A stretch of 64,000 bases of DNA from Heterodontus francisci (Eukaryota), in the NCBI RefSeq assembly GCF_036365525.1, contig NC_090413.1:26860262-26924261 (forward strand), in the 5' to 3' direction. Below the pieces are notes generated by a model. That model saw nothing but the letters and a program-made list of their open reading frames with translations, was not told the DNA's origin and made no database searches. Both the position numbers and the translations under genes were made by a program. Shown in pieces: positions 36,701 through 63,382 of this stretch (positions within the stretch are counted from its first letter, which is position 1; each line of letters starts with the position of its first letter).

Positions 36701-39700
36701 GGAGAAGATGCATCACCACCTGACAGACAAAAGGGACAAAAGGATTGGTAACTATTGCACTTTTCGTGGAGGTTGGGGGCGGAGGGGGTTCCAATCGAGG
36801 GTACACAGTCCCCGCTTCTAAGGTATGAAACCCATTGCCTATTTAGGGCTGTTCGCTAAGTACTTAAAAGCCCAATACTGTGCATGTTGGAAATCTCCAA
36901 TAAAATCAGAAAATGCTGGGAACACTCAGCAGGTCACATGGAGAGAGTGGAGTAAGAAACAGTTTATGGTTCAGGTTGATTTTTTTTTTGTATGTACTAA
37001 CCCTGTCTTATGCCATTTAGAGTTCTATTAATTTTAGTTGGGTCTTCAGTTTCAGGCAGCTGTTTGCGCCTTGTTAAAGTGCGATCACCTTAATGACGAG
37101 ATTCTTGATGTAATGGATAATTAGAGACAGTTGCTACTGAGTTAACACAACAAGCCTGCTATGAGCAGTGGGACTGTACTTGCCTAACCTGCAGTCTAGG
37201 ACAGGAATCAACATGGATAGCAATACCAAAATACATATGAACAAAGGCGGACAGGAAAGCCTGTCCAAAAGCTGTGATGCCTTGTGTATTACAATGTGTA
37301 CGTACCCTACCAGAAAGCCATGTGACCTGGGAGATGTATTACAATGTGTATTACAATGTGTACGTACCCTACCAGAAAGCCATGTGACCTGGGAGATGTA
37401 TTACAATGTGTATTACAATGTGTACGTACCCTACCAGAAAGCCATGTGACCTGGGAGATGTATTACAATGTGTACGTACCCTACCAGAAAACCATGTGAC
37501 CTGGGAGATGTATTACAATGTGTACGTACCCTACCAGAAAGCCATGTGACCTGGGAGATGTATTACAATGTGTACGTACCCTACCAGAAAACCATGTGAC
37601 CTGGGAGATGCAAAGAAATGTTTTTTTAAAAATCCAGGCCAGTTAGGGAGAAAAGTTTGGAAAACTCCTCTGTCAGCTCCCCCATCAGGTTCTCTAGTGT
37701 TTCAAATACAGCTCCAGCATCTATTTCCAGAGGGTTTGTATTCTAGGGACTGCTAAGCAGATACACTGTGGCGTCGGATTGTCAGAAGGAATGAGTGGGA
37801 AGAAGGATGGGTGATCGATACTGATTTCTAGAGGGCTTCTTTGAGGTTAGGCAATATCTCCTGTCAGGATTGAGAGAAGCTGACAATTGTTGCCATGGAA
37901 GTAATAAATGCAATAAACTAAATCTTTCTTACTCTTCAATGTTTTTAAGCTATAGATATCCTGAACCACATTGGACGATCTGATGGAAGACGCTCCTTAT
38001 GGAGAACAGGCAAGACTGAATCCAGGTAGGATTTGCTATCATCACTCTGTCAAAACTAAAACTGCAATCCTAATTGAACATCTTGAATAAGTGGCAGAGA
38101 TTTCTAGGCCATGTTGAGGCACTGTCGGCTTGAACAGAATCGCGCTGTGGTTCTGCTACACTCGCATTAGCATTTAGGAATGGAGATGTAGGAGTGAAAA
38201 GGGAGTTTGTGTTGTCAAGTACTCAAGATTCCTGGATATAACCAAACTAAACACAATGTGTTTGCTAACATAAACTTTACAATGGGAGAGGTGGCTTTGA
38301 ACCCAGGGTAGTTTAGATTTAATTACTCTATGAGCTGATGACTGTGCAGAGTAGACTGCTCGGGAGGTATTGGAGAGGGCTTGACTCATGCAGTTTCAGA
38401 GGGATCAGATGGATATTTTCCTTCAAATTGGCCAGAATAACCCTGTTGCTGAGCCCGGATACCTCCGCCATGAGTTACTTGCAAACTAGTGAGATTTCAA
38501 CTCTGTCCTGCCACATGTAAAGTGACAGGAATGTAACTGTCTTCTATTTAAATGGTTACATTACTTCCCCATTATGCTTTGCTGTACTCTACCTTTGGCC
38601 TCTGAGGGTGGACAGTTGCCCACTCCATACTTCTGCCAATGCCCTCCTCCCTCCCGGGCACTGCTAAGCATGCTAAGGAATGAGTTTCTGAGAGACCTGA
38701 AGTTCTGCTTTAGCTAAACCACTCTTTTTTTTTTTTTTCATTTCCCTCCCCCACCCCATTTTCTCCTAGGAGGCTCGGCATTCTTCTTGTGTGGTGCAAC
38801 TCCAGTCTGGACCTGAACTGCGCAGGATTCAAACCTTTTGTCCTCTTACTCTGTCCAAATGTTGCTGCTCTAAGCAGCTACACCACTGCCCTCGTATTTA
38901 AGCTGCACTGTGGGGTAAAATGATACCAACTATTCTCTCGTGAGTAGAAGTGGTGAATCCACTCCCTGAGTTGGTGAGGTCTGAATTTCCCCTCCAATAA
39001 TCACTACCATAACTCCGACCAATCAATGTCAGCTTTGACCCAGAGCAACCTTCACTTTGATTTTTTTGAGGATCTGTATTTGTGTTCTGCGCGAGTTGAT
39101 GGTATTTGCTGCTGTGGAGTTTATAACCTGAACTTGGAGGCTTCAATTTTCTGCTGGTCAATTGCCCAATATTTCTGCCATCTCCTCTGCCCTGGTTGAA
39201 GATGGCATGGGCTGATGTTGGCGGTGGGAGAACTGGATGTCTTAAGAATGGCCCACTATCTGCTTTAAAACACATAATTTCTGCTCTGTGCTGCAGGAGG
39301 GAAGAGGAAATGTACAAAGTGCTCGCAAGAAACTATGAGGCTCAAATCAAGGAGCTGTCATTGGACAATGTAGAGATGAAGAGAGTTTTGAACCAAATGG
39401 AGCGAGAAATAAGTGGGTTTCTCAGTCCACACACAAAATACTGCATAGCCAATTCTCTTCAGTCGCTTATGGTAAGTATGTGGTTTCATCACAGAAGCTA
39501 ATGTGAAAGGAACAATGGGTGCCAGTATTATAATAGATTTGAGTTTTACTAACTGATTCTAATGGGAATAAAAGCATTTCTGATGATTGGTCGCAGACCT
39601 GAAATATTAACTCTCTTTCTGCCTCTACAGATGCTGCCAGACCTGCTGAGTATTTTCAGCACTCTGTTTTTATCTTTGATTCTAATGGAATCCTGCTCTG

Positions 39701-42700
39701 CCCACACATGTCATTCAGATGCTGGAGTTTGGTGCTGTTGGAATGATCCAGACTCTCTTGTACTGAGTTGTGGGTTGTGAGAAAGGACATCATCTGGTAG
39801 AGTGGTGCAGACGGTTGGTTATGTCCCTGTGATAGTTTGTCCTATTGCGAAGAGCAGTAATACCTTTCATAGGATCACCATCTGCTATTTGGATCATTGT
39901 GTGCACTCGTGTTACCGTTCCACAAATGGCTGAAAACTGAGCCTCTGCTGGAGAATGTATGATCTGAAAGTTTCAAGTCCTCTCAGCTGTTCTCCTTGTT
40001 AGTTTTAGGGTTCTGACCAATTAACTCTTTCGCTCTTAAGTTCCAAATGATTTGACTTGACCTGTGTTTGGTGACCGGTGATATTTTATTCAGTGTAAGC
40101 GAGACTTGATGCAATAGTTAACCAGGCACAATCGTGAGTTATTACCGTGATGCCCTGTGTAGAAGGTTGAGATCTCCACAAGACTATCCCTGCTAGCCTG
40201 TGCCCCAGGTGCCTTCATCCGGTTGGTGTGACATGTGGCATACCTCCGTCAGCCCATCCCTTCCTTGGCTATGTCTGCTGGATGTTCGCAAGTCTCTGAC
40301 CGATTGCCTCTACAATCTCTGTGCTCAGGAAGTCCTTTCTTCTCTCTTTTTACACAGCAAAGACCAATTTAACCCAATCTTGTGCCTGACGTAACTATCC
40401 AATTACAAAGATGGTACATACTCAACGTTGCAACCTGCTCTGGCCAGGCCAAGTCTTCCATGACCCCTGAATCCATCAGTTCTATTCCTGGACCATTATC
40501 TGCTCATTAACATACTGATGCTAGCCAGTGCTTGCTTCGAGCTACTTGCTGTAGCAAGCTATCTGAGACTCAAGATGTGTCGCTTTCCTTTGTCTCTTGG
40601 TCCATGGAATGTTACTTGGGTTCCACAGAACAAGCTGACTGCCTTTCACAATGCTAGAAGTCTGGCGTTTGTCTTTTAACTCTGATCGTTGAAGGCCCAG
40701 CTGCTAGGTTTTCCACCATCTTGTCTCCCAGCTGGGCCTATCCAGGGCAGTTCATAACAGGGTGTAGGAATCATCATGCATTGTGTAACAATTACACAGT
40801 GAAATCCTATGATTAATCATGTCATTTGATTTTAGTCCTTCTTAGTTATCAAGAGAGTCTGAAGTGGGTATTCCAGGATTCTCTCACCCTTCACTGCCCT
40901 CTGTGTATTATGCAGCTAACTGGGGGACATTTGCTGTCTAATTGGTCGGCATGTGCAATTGAGGCCAACACCAAGATTAGCCTCCTGCAATGCTGCACGC
41001 AGAACCCTGCAATTCTCAGAGATTCAGCTGTTTAGCTGAGTTGGCAACTTGCTCCAGAAATTTTAAGTGTATTCTTATATATGTCACATGGGACTCCAGT
41101 GGATGCTAACTGTCATTGGTGCCCTTTGCTCATTCTTCAACCTATTTCCATAATTTGCCCTGAAGGCTGCAGAATTTGCAAGTGTTTTCTGTGGCTGGAC
41201 AGCAGGATGTGGAACCTGTCATGGCGTCCAATGCAGAAATGAAGTCAATCTAAAACTATAGATCCTGTAGCTTTAAAGAGGCCATCATTCACATTCTGAA
41301 CTCGTCTTCCATCGAGCATGTTCTCTTTCTTTCTCAGAAATGCTGGGATTTAATAGTCCTGTACATGTGTGAATGTAATCATATTACATGGTGAAATGTC
41401 CCTATCATCCCTAGAACTCTCTTTCTTTTAACAACTCTCCACCCAAGTGAGTCTCTGCATTCTGAAGGGGACATGAGAGAAGGCAGTCTCCAAAAATGAA
41501 AACATTTCATGATCATAGAATGGTACAGAAAAGGAGGGGGCTATTCTTCAATTTTGTTTTTTGAACAAGACTGCATCCATTGACACTGCAACACTGAGGG
41601 AGCAGGAGGGACTGGGGGAGGGAGGATGGGGTGGTTGAGGGACAGACTGGAGAGAAAATAATTGGACGGCACAGCTGTCTGCTGGTTCACGCTGCTGGGT
41701 GAGTGGGCAGTGACGTCACTACACAGGCAACCATCTGTGTGATGTCGCTGCACGCTTGCGCAGATTGAACTGGCAGATAATCTAGGGCTGGCAATGCAGC
41801 ACTCCCTCAGTACGGTACTGCAGTATCACAGGTGCCATATTGAGATGTTAAACCGCTCCTGTCTGGCTGCTTGGGTGGATGAAACGGTTTATATGGCACT
41901 ATTTTAAGAGCTAGGGGAGTTCTTCTGCTGTCCTGGCCAAAATATCTCAACCAGCAACACCAAAACAGAATAACTTCAGTTATTTAACTTGCTGTTTATA
42001 GAACTTTGCTGTGGGGAAATTGGCTGCTGCATAGTTATAGTGATTACACTTCAAAAGTTTATTGCCAGTGAAGTGCATTGGGATGTCTTGAAGATGGCAA
42101 CCATATAAATTCATATTCTTTCTCGTCTCTCTGTTCAAAGAACAAAGAAAATTACAGCACAGGAACAGGCCCTTCGGCCCGCCAAGCCTACGCCGATCCA
42201 AATCCTCTATCTAAACCTGTCGCCTATTTTCTAAGGGTCTGCATCTCTTTACTTCCTGCCCATTCATGTTACTGTCTAGATACATCTTAAAAGACGCTAT
42301 CGTGCCCGCGTCTACCACCTCCGCTGGCAATGTGTTCCAGGCACCCACCACCCTCTTCATAGAATTGATTGACCAAACATAACTAAATCGACTAACATCT
42401 TGTTCTTAAAATCATGTAACTATCAAGTGCAGGAATATGGGATTAGAATAGTTGGGTGCTGGATGGCCAGCACAGAGATGATGGGCCGAAGGGCTTGTTT
42501 CTGTGCTGTATAACTCTATGACTCTGAGTCTATGACTATCAGTAACATTTAAAACTGTTCAAGGTCTTTTGCCATGTCATTGGAGCATGGATTCTGTTTT
42601 GTCTTCTGCAGCAGGGCACTGCTCACTAACACATGAACTAAATTAGAGTTGGGTCACATAACACCGTATCAGTCAATTTCTGTGTTCCACATGATTTGGC

Positions 42701-45700
42701 CCAGTTGGAGGCAGCTAGAGTGAGGCTGAATGAACCAAGAATAAGCCTGACCCAGGTAGACTGATGACCTACCCATCAAAGAGTAGTGAGTTATCAAGAA
42801 CTGCAAGGGTCTTGTACACAGGATTTTACACCAGGTGTTTTTTGTAAACTGCATACTTATTCAGTGCTGAATACTGAAGTAATGTTATAACTTGTATAAC
42901 TTCTAAAGTGCTGAACTCTTGTGCTGACTTCTTAAAATAGGAGGAAGAAATCAGCCTCAATGAGGTCGAGGATACAGCCAGGGGGCATCTTACTGACGGA
43001 GTTCAAAAGCAGTGGAACTCCTTAAAGGATCACTTGGTGAAACTAGGAGGAATCGGTAACATGAATGGTACCTTTTATCTCATTATGGCAGCTGCACTGG
43101 GAAATATCTAATGTGTACAAAGTGGGAATTTAAAAAATGAAATTCTTGTTAAGAATTTATATTGTGTAATGGATCCCATTGGGTACAAACCTTTTCCTCC
43201 TTTTGGACATTAGCAAAGGAGTCCCTCAGCTCATGAACCTAGGTACATCTCAAAACCACTTGGCAAGGTAGTGTTGGTGCTAGCAGCTGTTTCCAAGTCT
43301 GCTGTACGACTCTGTCTGCGTTGTAACTCTAAGGTGGATTGTGTTTGTAACTAATTTAAGTTTCTCCCACTGGTGGTTGAGCAGTGCTTCCAGTGTCACT
43401 CTAACTACAACATTAAGGTGTAGGGAAGGATATTGGGTTTATCCCTTCTCACTCATCCAGGAAAATTTCTAGTGCCTGTGCCCCCTCCCCACATCACAGC
43501 AATCGCTGGCTTTTTAAATGGTTCCAGGATTTTGCCCCCACTACCATACTCCGAAACCCTTTCCACATGTCAATTGGTCTGTCTGAAGAACCTTTTGGCA
43601 CCAGAGCATCCTATAGCTGCCAAGTAATGTGCGATACCTTGGGGTGACTTCCATTTATGTTACTGCACCCCATCCCAACTTTTTGTCAATTGAAATAAAG
43701 CAACCCAATGTCTGGAGCTGTCCATGAATTGACAGATTCCGACGCATGTGTATTCTTTCACTTAGCACATTATGACTTACACTGGCAGCTTGCTATATGG
43801 TATCATAGTGTAGTGGTTTTTATTGGGATAGTAACCCAGGAGCCTGGACCAATAGTTCAAATCATATGCCTGTTTATGAATTTGAATCCAGATATTTTTT
43901 TAAACAAACTGGTCTCGTAAAAGTGACCACGAAGCTGTCGAATTGTCATAATCATCTGGTTCACTAATGCCCTTTTAGGGAGGCAAACCTGCTGTCCTTA
44001 CCTGGTCTGGCCTACATTTGACTCCAGACCCACACCAAGCGGTTGACTCTTAACTGCCATCTCGAGTGGCCACTCAGTTGAATCAAATTGCTACAAATAA
44101 CCTCACCACCACTACCTTTAGGGCAACTTGGGATAAGCAATGAATGCTGGCCTTGCCAGCAACTCTCATGTATGAAGAATGAATAAAACAAATAACCAAC
44201 CATGATCTCTCTTATGTGACTTACTGGTGACTGTTAAGTGTAACAAGCAGGCCAAATAAATCCACTGTCCCTATGCAATCATTTCACCTCAGCTTTGCAA
44301 AAGTCTCCGGTCGTTGGGGGGGATGAACATGTTGTCAGTGTGACTGACCACGATAAGGAAATGGCCAAGCTGAAGCTGGAGCTTGGACAGAGTGAGGAAA
44401 TCATCCGTGCACAGCAGCAGCTTCTCGAGGTATGAGGTCCTGTGTAAAACAACAATTGAATGAACGTGATTTTAATACTTAAGCAGCATTTCTTTTGTTT
44501 CTTTGATTAGCACAGTGTTCTCTAAGGAGCGATTTTGTCATACTTTTTAGCTTTTATGCTGTAAACTGATTAATATCTTGCTATTCTTTCTACTCCATTC
44601 TTCCCTCTCTAATTCTTTCTATGTGGTATTGCTCATTGTAATCACCTTCTGCCCCAATGGTTGTAACAGATTTGAGCTCTGAGGCCCATAGGAGTACTTA
44701 AATCCTGGGTTCAGAGTTCAAAAGGCAGCCTTTGGTGTCGTCGACTTTCCCTGTTCTTTAATGTACTGTGTACATGAACACTCCTGTCTTTGGGGAGAGT
44801 GGGTGATTCTGATGGGGCTTGTGCCTGAGGTACGCCTGTTAACGTGTAGCACTTAAGAGCAAGACTGGTCTTTAGCCATGTTTCTCCTGTCCAAAATGGA
44901 GAGGGACTCTAGAATGAGTGGATGAGAGGTGTCTTGGTGCTGCTTCTGTGCATTTTCAGGGACTGGGGAAGGTCTGATTCTGACCAGCTTCCTCTGGTCA
45001 CTTTAATCTACATGTGGGGAATCCATATTTTGCAGTTTAATGGGGATATCCAGAAATTGTAGATACATAATGAAGTAGGGCAGTTGATGTCAAATAGACT
45101 TTGCCTTTTATAAGCTGACTTCTGTGTTTTGCTATAAACATTGCTTTAATATTCCAGGACCAGTTGGCCATTCAGAAGGAAGATCTTGCATGGGGTTCTG
45201 ATTTGCTGGAGGAGCAGGAATGGTTTTGCAAAGAGAGGCAGCTGTTTGATGAGCAGAAAAAGAACTTTGAGATAGAACGGCAGAAGTTCACAGAGGCAGC
45301 AATTCGCCTGGGTCAGGAGGTGGGTAGGAAACTGCTGGTGGACTGAGCATTGAAAGAGCCTTGTGTTGATTAGATTGTGGAGCCAGGACGTTCCTGAACA
45401 CGACCTGCTGTAAATTGCTTTTCTTTTTGTTTTTTTGTTATTGCTTTAGAGAAAATTGTTTAAGGAGGAATGTGCACTACACATGAAGGAGCAGTTCTTG
45501 AACCTGACTCCATTTCGGGATCAGAGGACAAAACCCAAGTGGAAACTGCGGACTCCCTTTGCTATAGCCAGTAAGGACTATCTTCGAAATCTCATCTAAT
45601 TGTCAAGGAACCACTGCCTTATGATTTCTATTTTTTTATTACGCGGGTTGGAGGATTTTTTACTAGTGTTTTGAAATTGTTACTGTGATTCCAAATGTGT

Positions 45701-47826
45701 GTTCCATGGAGAAGCAGTGACCTTGGACAGAATGTTCCTGTTCTTCCATATAATAACTGTACAGAGCAGACTTGAGATTATTTAATTTAACAAACTTTTT
45801 TTTTTCCCCATTAAGTTCTTTAGGAGAAACTGTGCCCAAAACTAAGCCAATGGGCTTTCAGGAACATAGGAGCCTATTCAGCCCCTCCAGTTCCACCATT
45901 CAATTAGACCATGGCTGATCTGTATCTTGGCTACATCTACCTGCCTTGGTTCCCTAACCCTTAATACCCTTACCTAACACAAATCTATCAATCTGCTTTG
46001 AAATTTTCAATTCACCCCCACCCAGCCTCAACAGCTTTTTGGGGAGAATGTTACAGATTTCCCTTTAGTGTTTCCTGTGTTACATGGTCCTACTGTCTTG
46101 GAATATTTTGTATTGTTGAAGGAATGTTTGCGTTTAAATACTTTTATAATCAAGACCACACAATACATCTTTTCAGTTCTTTATTTCTCTTAAACTTTGC
46201 ACCTCATACCTCTTTTATGTTCTGGCTGAGGACAGTCTGCTCTCATTCCAGTTGCAGTTCCCTTTTAAGGAACCTCACTTTTAAAAAGGTGCAATGCCAT
46301 TGTATCAGGGCTCTCTTTGGACTCCAACCCTCAATCACCCAGCTTTACCTGGTATGTTGGATCTATGTTTTGTTAGCACTCAAGATAATGGCCAAGTTAT
46401 CACTGTTCTGGAGCAGAGCTCAAGTACGTTTCCTCCAAACGGTAACATTGGAGCAGCTGCTGCCTCAAACCACTATGTTTAACAGTTTTTGAAATGTATT
46501 GAGCATATTACCTGGAGCTGCTCCTTTTGCTACCCATGTTTTGGCCATTTGAACAATGCATACGCCGAAGAGAGCTTTCGAGTGGAAGAAACTATTGGAC
46601 ATAGATTGGTGAATGAGACTTTAATTTGCGTAGTCTTTCAGTGCCTCTCCAACATTTCACGTCGTGCATCTTATTTAATGAAACGTCACAGCTGTTTGGT
46701 GTGTCCACTTTTCTTCATCAAACCCAGTAAATTGGAATTAGAGAAAGTTGTGCAGGAGATGTGGGATAGTGATCTATTCAGGAGCTTGTTCTCAGTGTCC
46801 CCATTTCTCTATGGGTTTACTAACTAACCCTTGCTTTACTTTTATAGGCCCGGACCAGGAAAATGTGTCTCCACGTCTAACCAATCGGAACATGGGCCTG
46901 TTGCCCATGCGGTCTCGCCATACTCCAATGCACACTCCGAGCCCACCGTCCAAATGCATAAACCCCCAGAGACACACTCTGCCTACAACCCACGAAGTGT
47001 TGGGGATGATTCCAGAACACAGGTGAGTGCTAGTGTTGATGATCGTCAGTCTGATCCTGCCCAGTATGGTCCCTTCAGTAAAATGTCACCTTCTAAAGGG
47101 TTTATCAGTAGTGTTAGATGGGAGAGGATGTGCTGGGTGGTCAGTGTGTGAAAATGCAGTGTAAAATACATTCTCTCTCTTTCTCACTTCCACCCTAATG
47201 ATGAATTTGATAAGGTCAAAGTTTTTTTTTTTTTTTTTGCAGAGGTCACTGTTAATCAGCCTCTCTCCTAATGTGAGTGAGCCACATTCATCTCCCCTTG
47301 TACAAGGCTGCCATTTAGGTTGGCATGTTCAGGTGCTCCATTGTGCTAGTCCAGAAATTGGTACTTTTGGACCAGCTGGGATGACCAGTTTATTACTGCT
47401 GACTCCACACGTCCGTATCCGTTAGTGCAGTATGTACTTTTGTCATCCCAGCCAGTTCAAAGTTCATTGTTAATCTGCAAAGTTGTTCTGGAAGATCCCT
47501 TTTATCTGGAATAAAGTTATTTTATCCATAACTTTGGGTGTATATCTGTGGCTGGAGTGCAGCAAGTGTGACCTGTATGTTGTTTTTGCTGGATCTTGAT
47601 GTGCAATGTATCTGGTACAGAATTTGAGTCCTGTTATCTTTGCTACAGTTTCAGGCCTGCCACTACTGTGCGACTTAAAAGATCCTGCAGCACGAGAGAG
47701 AGCCTGTCCAACCAGCGAGATTCAGCAACCCAAACAAGGAATGGTCTTGACTGGATCCGCACTGCTCTATTTGTGAATGACCCAGATGACTCTTTGTACA
47801 GTGGACACCTGTGCATGCCGATCTAA
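30786..47826 (+). CDS. SSX2IP: Afadin- and alpha-actinin-binding protein-like (SSX2IP/ADIP/Msd1 family), about 607 aa, 13 coding exons; probably a paralog
   Basis: Exons 30786-30834 (MGDWKT…), 31373-31545, 34170-34385, 35235-35345, 36612-36747, 37950-38025, 39297-39471, 42941-43055, 44293-44429, 45158-45319, 45450-45570, 46848-47022 and 47649-47826 splice into one open frame. Family motifs: [82 protein letters not shown]. The last two exons are assigned from splice signals and phase only. The symbol denotes the family, not proven orthology. Confidence 0.88.
32037..32309 (-). pseudogene. RPS12: 5'-truncated processed pseudogene of 40S ribosomal protein S12
   Basis: Intronless [73 protein letters not shown] matches the C-terminal ~60% of eS12. 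The N-terminus is missing. AATAAA at 32068-32063 and an A-rich tail at 32050-32037 follow. Confidence 0.9.
32465..33342 (+). mobile_element. CR1 LINE 3' fragment
   Basis: [13 protein letters not shown]…[16 protein letters not shown]…[20 protein letters not shown] with frameshifts; GACTCTAT-type tail. Confidence 0.9.
34515..34785. mobile_element. Non-autonomous hAT DNA transposon (MITE), 271 bp
   Basis: TIRs TAAAGCCTGGCT / AGCCAGGCTTTA. 8-bp TSD CCTCACAG (34507-34514) / CCTCCCAG (34786-34793). Many ACCCGA/TCGGGT subterminal motifs. Confidence 0.85.
35530..35920 (+). mobile_element. Second tRNA-derived SINE family (CTAGTAATCCAG head; LINE-derived tail)
   Basis: Shares CTGGTTCACTAATGTCCTTTAGG…GACTCCAGAC…AATGCTGGCC with copies at 3685-4095(-), 17400-17590, 43800-44190 and 58170-58535. 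Confidence 0.7.
37285..37610. repeat. Minisatellite, six copies of a 50-bp unit
   Basis: Unit TATTACAATGTGTACGTACCCTACCAGAAA(G/A)CCATGTGACCTGGGAGATG. Units 2 and 3 carry a 12-bp internal duplication. Confidence 0.97.
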
Positions 47827-48362
47827 TGTTTGTTTCTTCTGCTGCAATGTGAGGGATGACCCAGTCCTTTTTTTTTTTAAAATAATGAGTCATGTGTTGG
47901 TTTGTTCTGCATGCACCCGGGGAAATCATGTGTTTCCACAACTGCAACTCTGTTCAGCTTGAGGGGCAGAAAGCCAGTTTGTTTAACATTTTTAATTACT
48001 GTTCTTGCCTCAGTGCTGGAAGCGGGTGAGATTTCTATTTTAGTTATTGTAGACAATGCATATAATCAAATGTTACTTTTCCACAAATTACATATTGCTG
48101 CTACATTTTAGAGGAAAAACTGAGACTTGAATGTTGCCGAGTTCAGTCCTAGAAGAGAAAAGTTGAAAGTCTTGATTGGTTCCACTAATGTTGCCAGTCA
48201 TCCTGACAAATTGCTGTGGGTAATGCCACAAATGGGTTTTTTAAGTAGATTGCCAGGTGCATGTTTTAATGTGTTAATAGGAATTTATAAACTGTCGCAA
48301 GCCTTGATGCATGAAATTCTGTGGGGTTACAATGTTGACATGTATGCAAAGGGTATGTGTTT

Positions 48363-48368
48363 AATAAA
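48363..48368 (+). terminator. Candidate polyadenylation signal of the SSX2IP-like gene
   Basis: AATAAA about 540 nt after the stop codon, followed by T/GT-rich sequence. Confidence 0.55.
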
Positions 48369-48935
48369 CTTTTTGTTTTTGCAGTTCACTTGTTCACTGG
48401 TCTTATTTGCTTATCAAGGGTTTGATGGGTGCAAGGTACAAATGCCACACATGCTAGTGTAACCTGGGGCTTTTGCCCTGTTCTCTTTGGAATAGTAAAC
48501 TTCAGACTGCGACATCCTTTTGGCACACTGAATGATGTGGACTTAGCCTAGACCCACTTCAGTGAGAGAAACCGACTGACCTGAGTTTGGTGTGGAGGGT
48601 GGGGTGTAGTTAAGGTTGAGTTCTGCTGAATGGGCTCTAATCATGGAAATTACAACTGTTGCTCACTCAGCACATTACAGCCTCCCAACAGCTGACTTGC
48701 ATCCTCAGCAGTTATTTCTTGGTTACCTTCCCTTCATGGTGACACAGTGGAGCAAAGTTTAAACATCCATCAGTCGTGATTTTTAATGAAGGTGTAGGTA
48801 GTGGATGCTGGAGAAATCTGTCTATATTGCAAGTTAAATTTGGAGATGCTGGGTGTGATAACACCCAGATTTTACAGCCAACAAAATGAAACCCTGCTAT
48901 TCTTCCAAAGCTAATTAATTTTATATCTCAACATG

Positions 48936-49320
48936 TCAACCATGGCTCAGTGGGTAGCACCCTCACATTTGTCAGGAGGTTGTGGGCTCAAAACCCCACT
49001 CCAGAAACCTGAACGCATAACCTGTGTGGCACTGAGGAACTCGAGGCACTGTCTTTCAATGTAGTGCTAAACTGAGGCCCCGTCGCCTTCTCAACTGGAC
49101 ATAAATGATTCCATGGCACTAGTTGAAGAGCAGGGCAGGTCTCCCCTGTTTCCTGGCCAACATTTGTCCCTCGATCGACATTATCTTGTCATTGCCACGT
49201 TGCGGTTTGTAGGAGCTTGCTATGAATGAGCTGGATGCTGTGTTTCCTGCAACAGTGTCCACACCACAAAATTCATTGGCTGTGAAGCACTTTGGGTTGT
49301 GCTAAGGTTGTGAAAGTTAT
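48936..49320 (+). mobile_element. Deu-domain SINE
   Basis: TGGCTCAGTGGGTAGCAC head and the same central and tail blocks. Confidence 0.7.
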
Positions 49321-49829
49321 TTCTTTCTGTATGCATCAGGGCAACTGTGTTTAACACAGCAATCTTCATTGTCAGATGGATGTTTCCCAGTATATGCCTA
49401 CTTTTCAGGTTAAAATTCCTGGCTGTATTGACTGTTGCCTTCCTGTGTAAAATCTCCTTTCGCTGAAGGTCATGGGTGGGACCTGGGCTTGCGGTGTGCT
49501 CCCAATCCAAGGAGGTTAGAATGTGGAGCTGGCTACCAAGGGGAGTTTAAGGGGAATTGAGGTAAACACATGAAGGGGAAAGCAACAGGAAAAGGCTGAT
49601 GGGCATACAGAGTCATAGCGAGATACAGCACTGAAACAGGCTGGAGATGGAGATGAGCTGAATGGCCAATTTCTGTACTGCACATTCTATAACAGGTGGG
49701 ATGAGCAGGAAAATTTAATGGTTACTTTAGTGAAACTGCTTTGTGACCTTTTCAGCTCATTGTGATGTCAAGTCGGAGATCAAAACTTGCTATGTCTGCC
49801 TCCGAGCTCCTCCCTCAGCTTCCTGCGGT

Positions 49830-49900
49830 CAGGGGCGGGTCCGAGTCACCTGACCCCTCAGTGTATCCATCTGAGATCACGTGGCAGTTCGTCACATGAT
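49830..49900 (+). promoter_or_regulatory. MAN2B1 promoter with a GC box and three CLEAR/E-box motifs
   Basis: GGGGCGGG at 49832-49839; GTCACCTGAC at 49845-49854; ATCACGTGGC at 49876-49885; GTCACATGAT at 49891-49900 (CLEAR consensus GTCACGTGAC). Confidence 0.7.
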
Positions 49901-49910
49901 CCGGGAGCTG

Positions 49911-63382
<13,472 letters not shown>

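Noticed and set aside
37285-37610. CRISPR-like array
   Set aside because: Head-to-tail units with no unique spacers, no cas genes, and a vertebrate intron context. It is a minisatellite.
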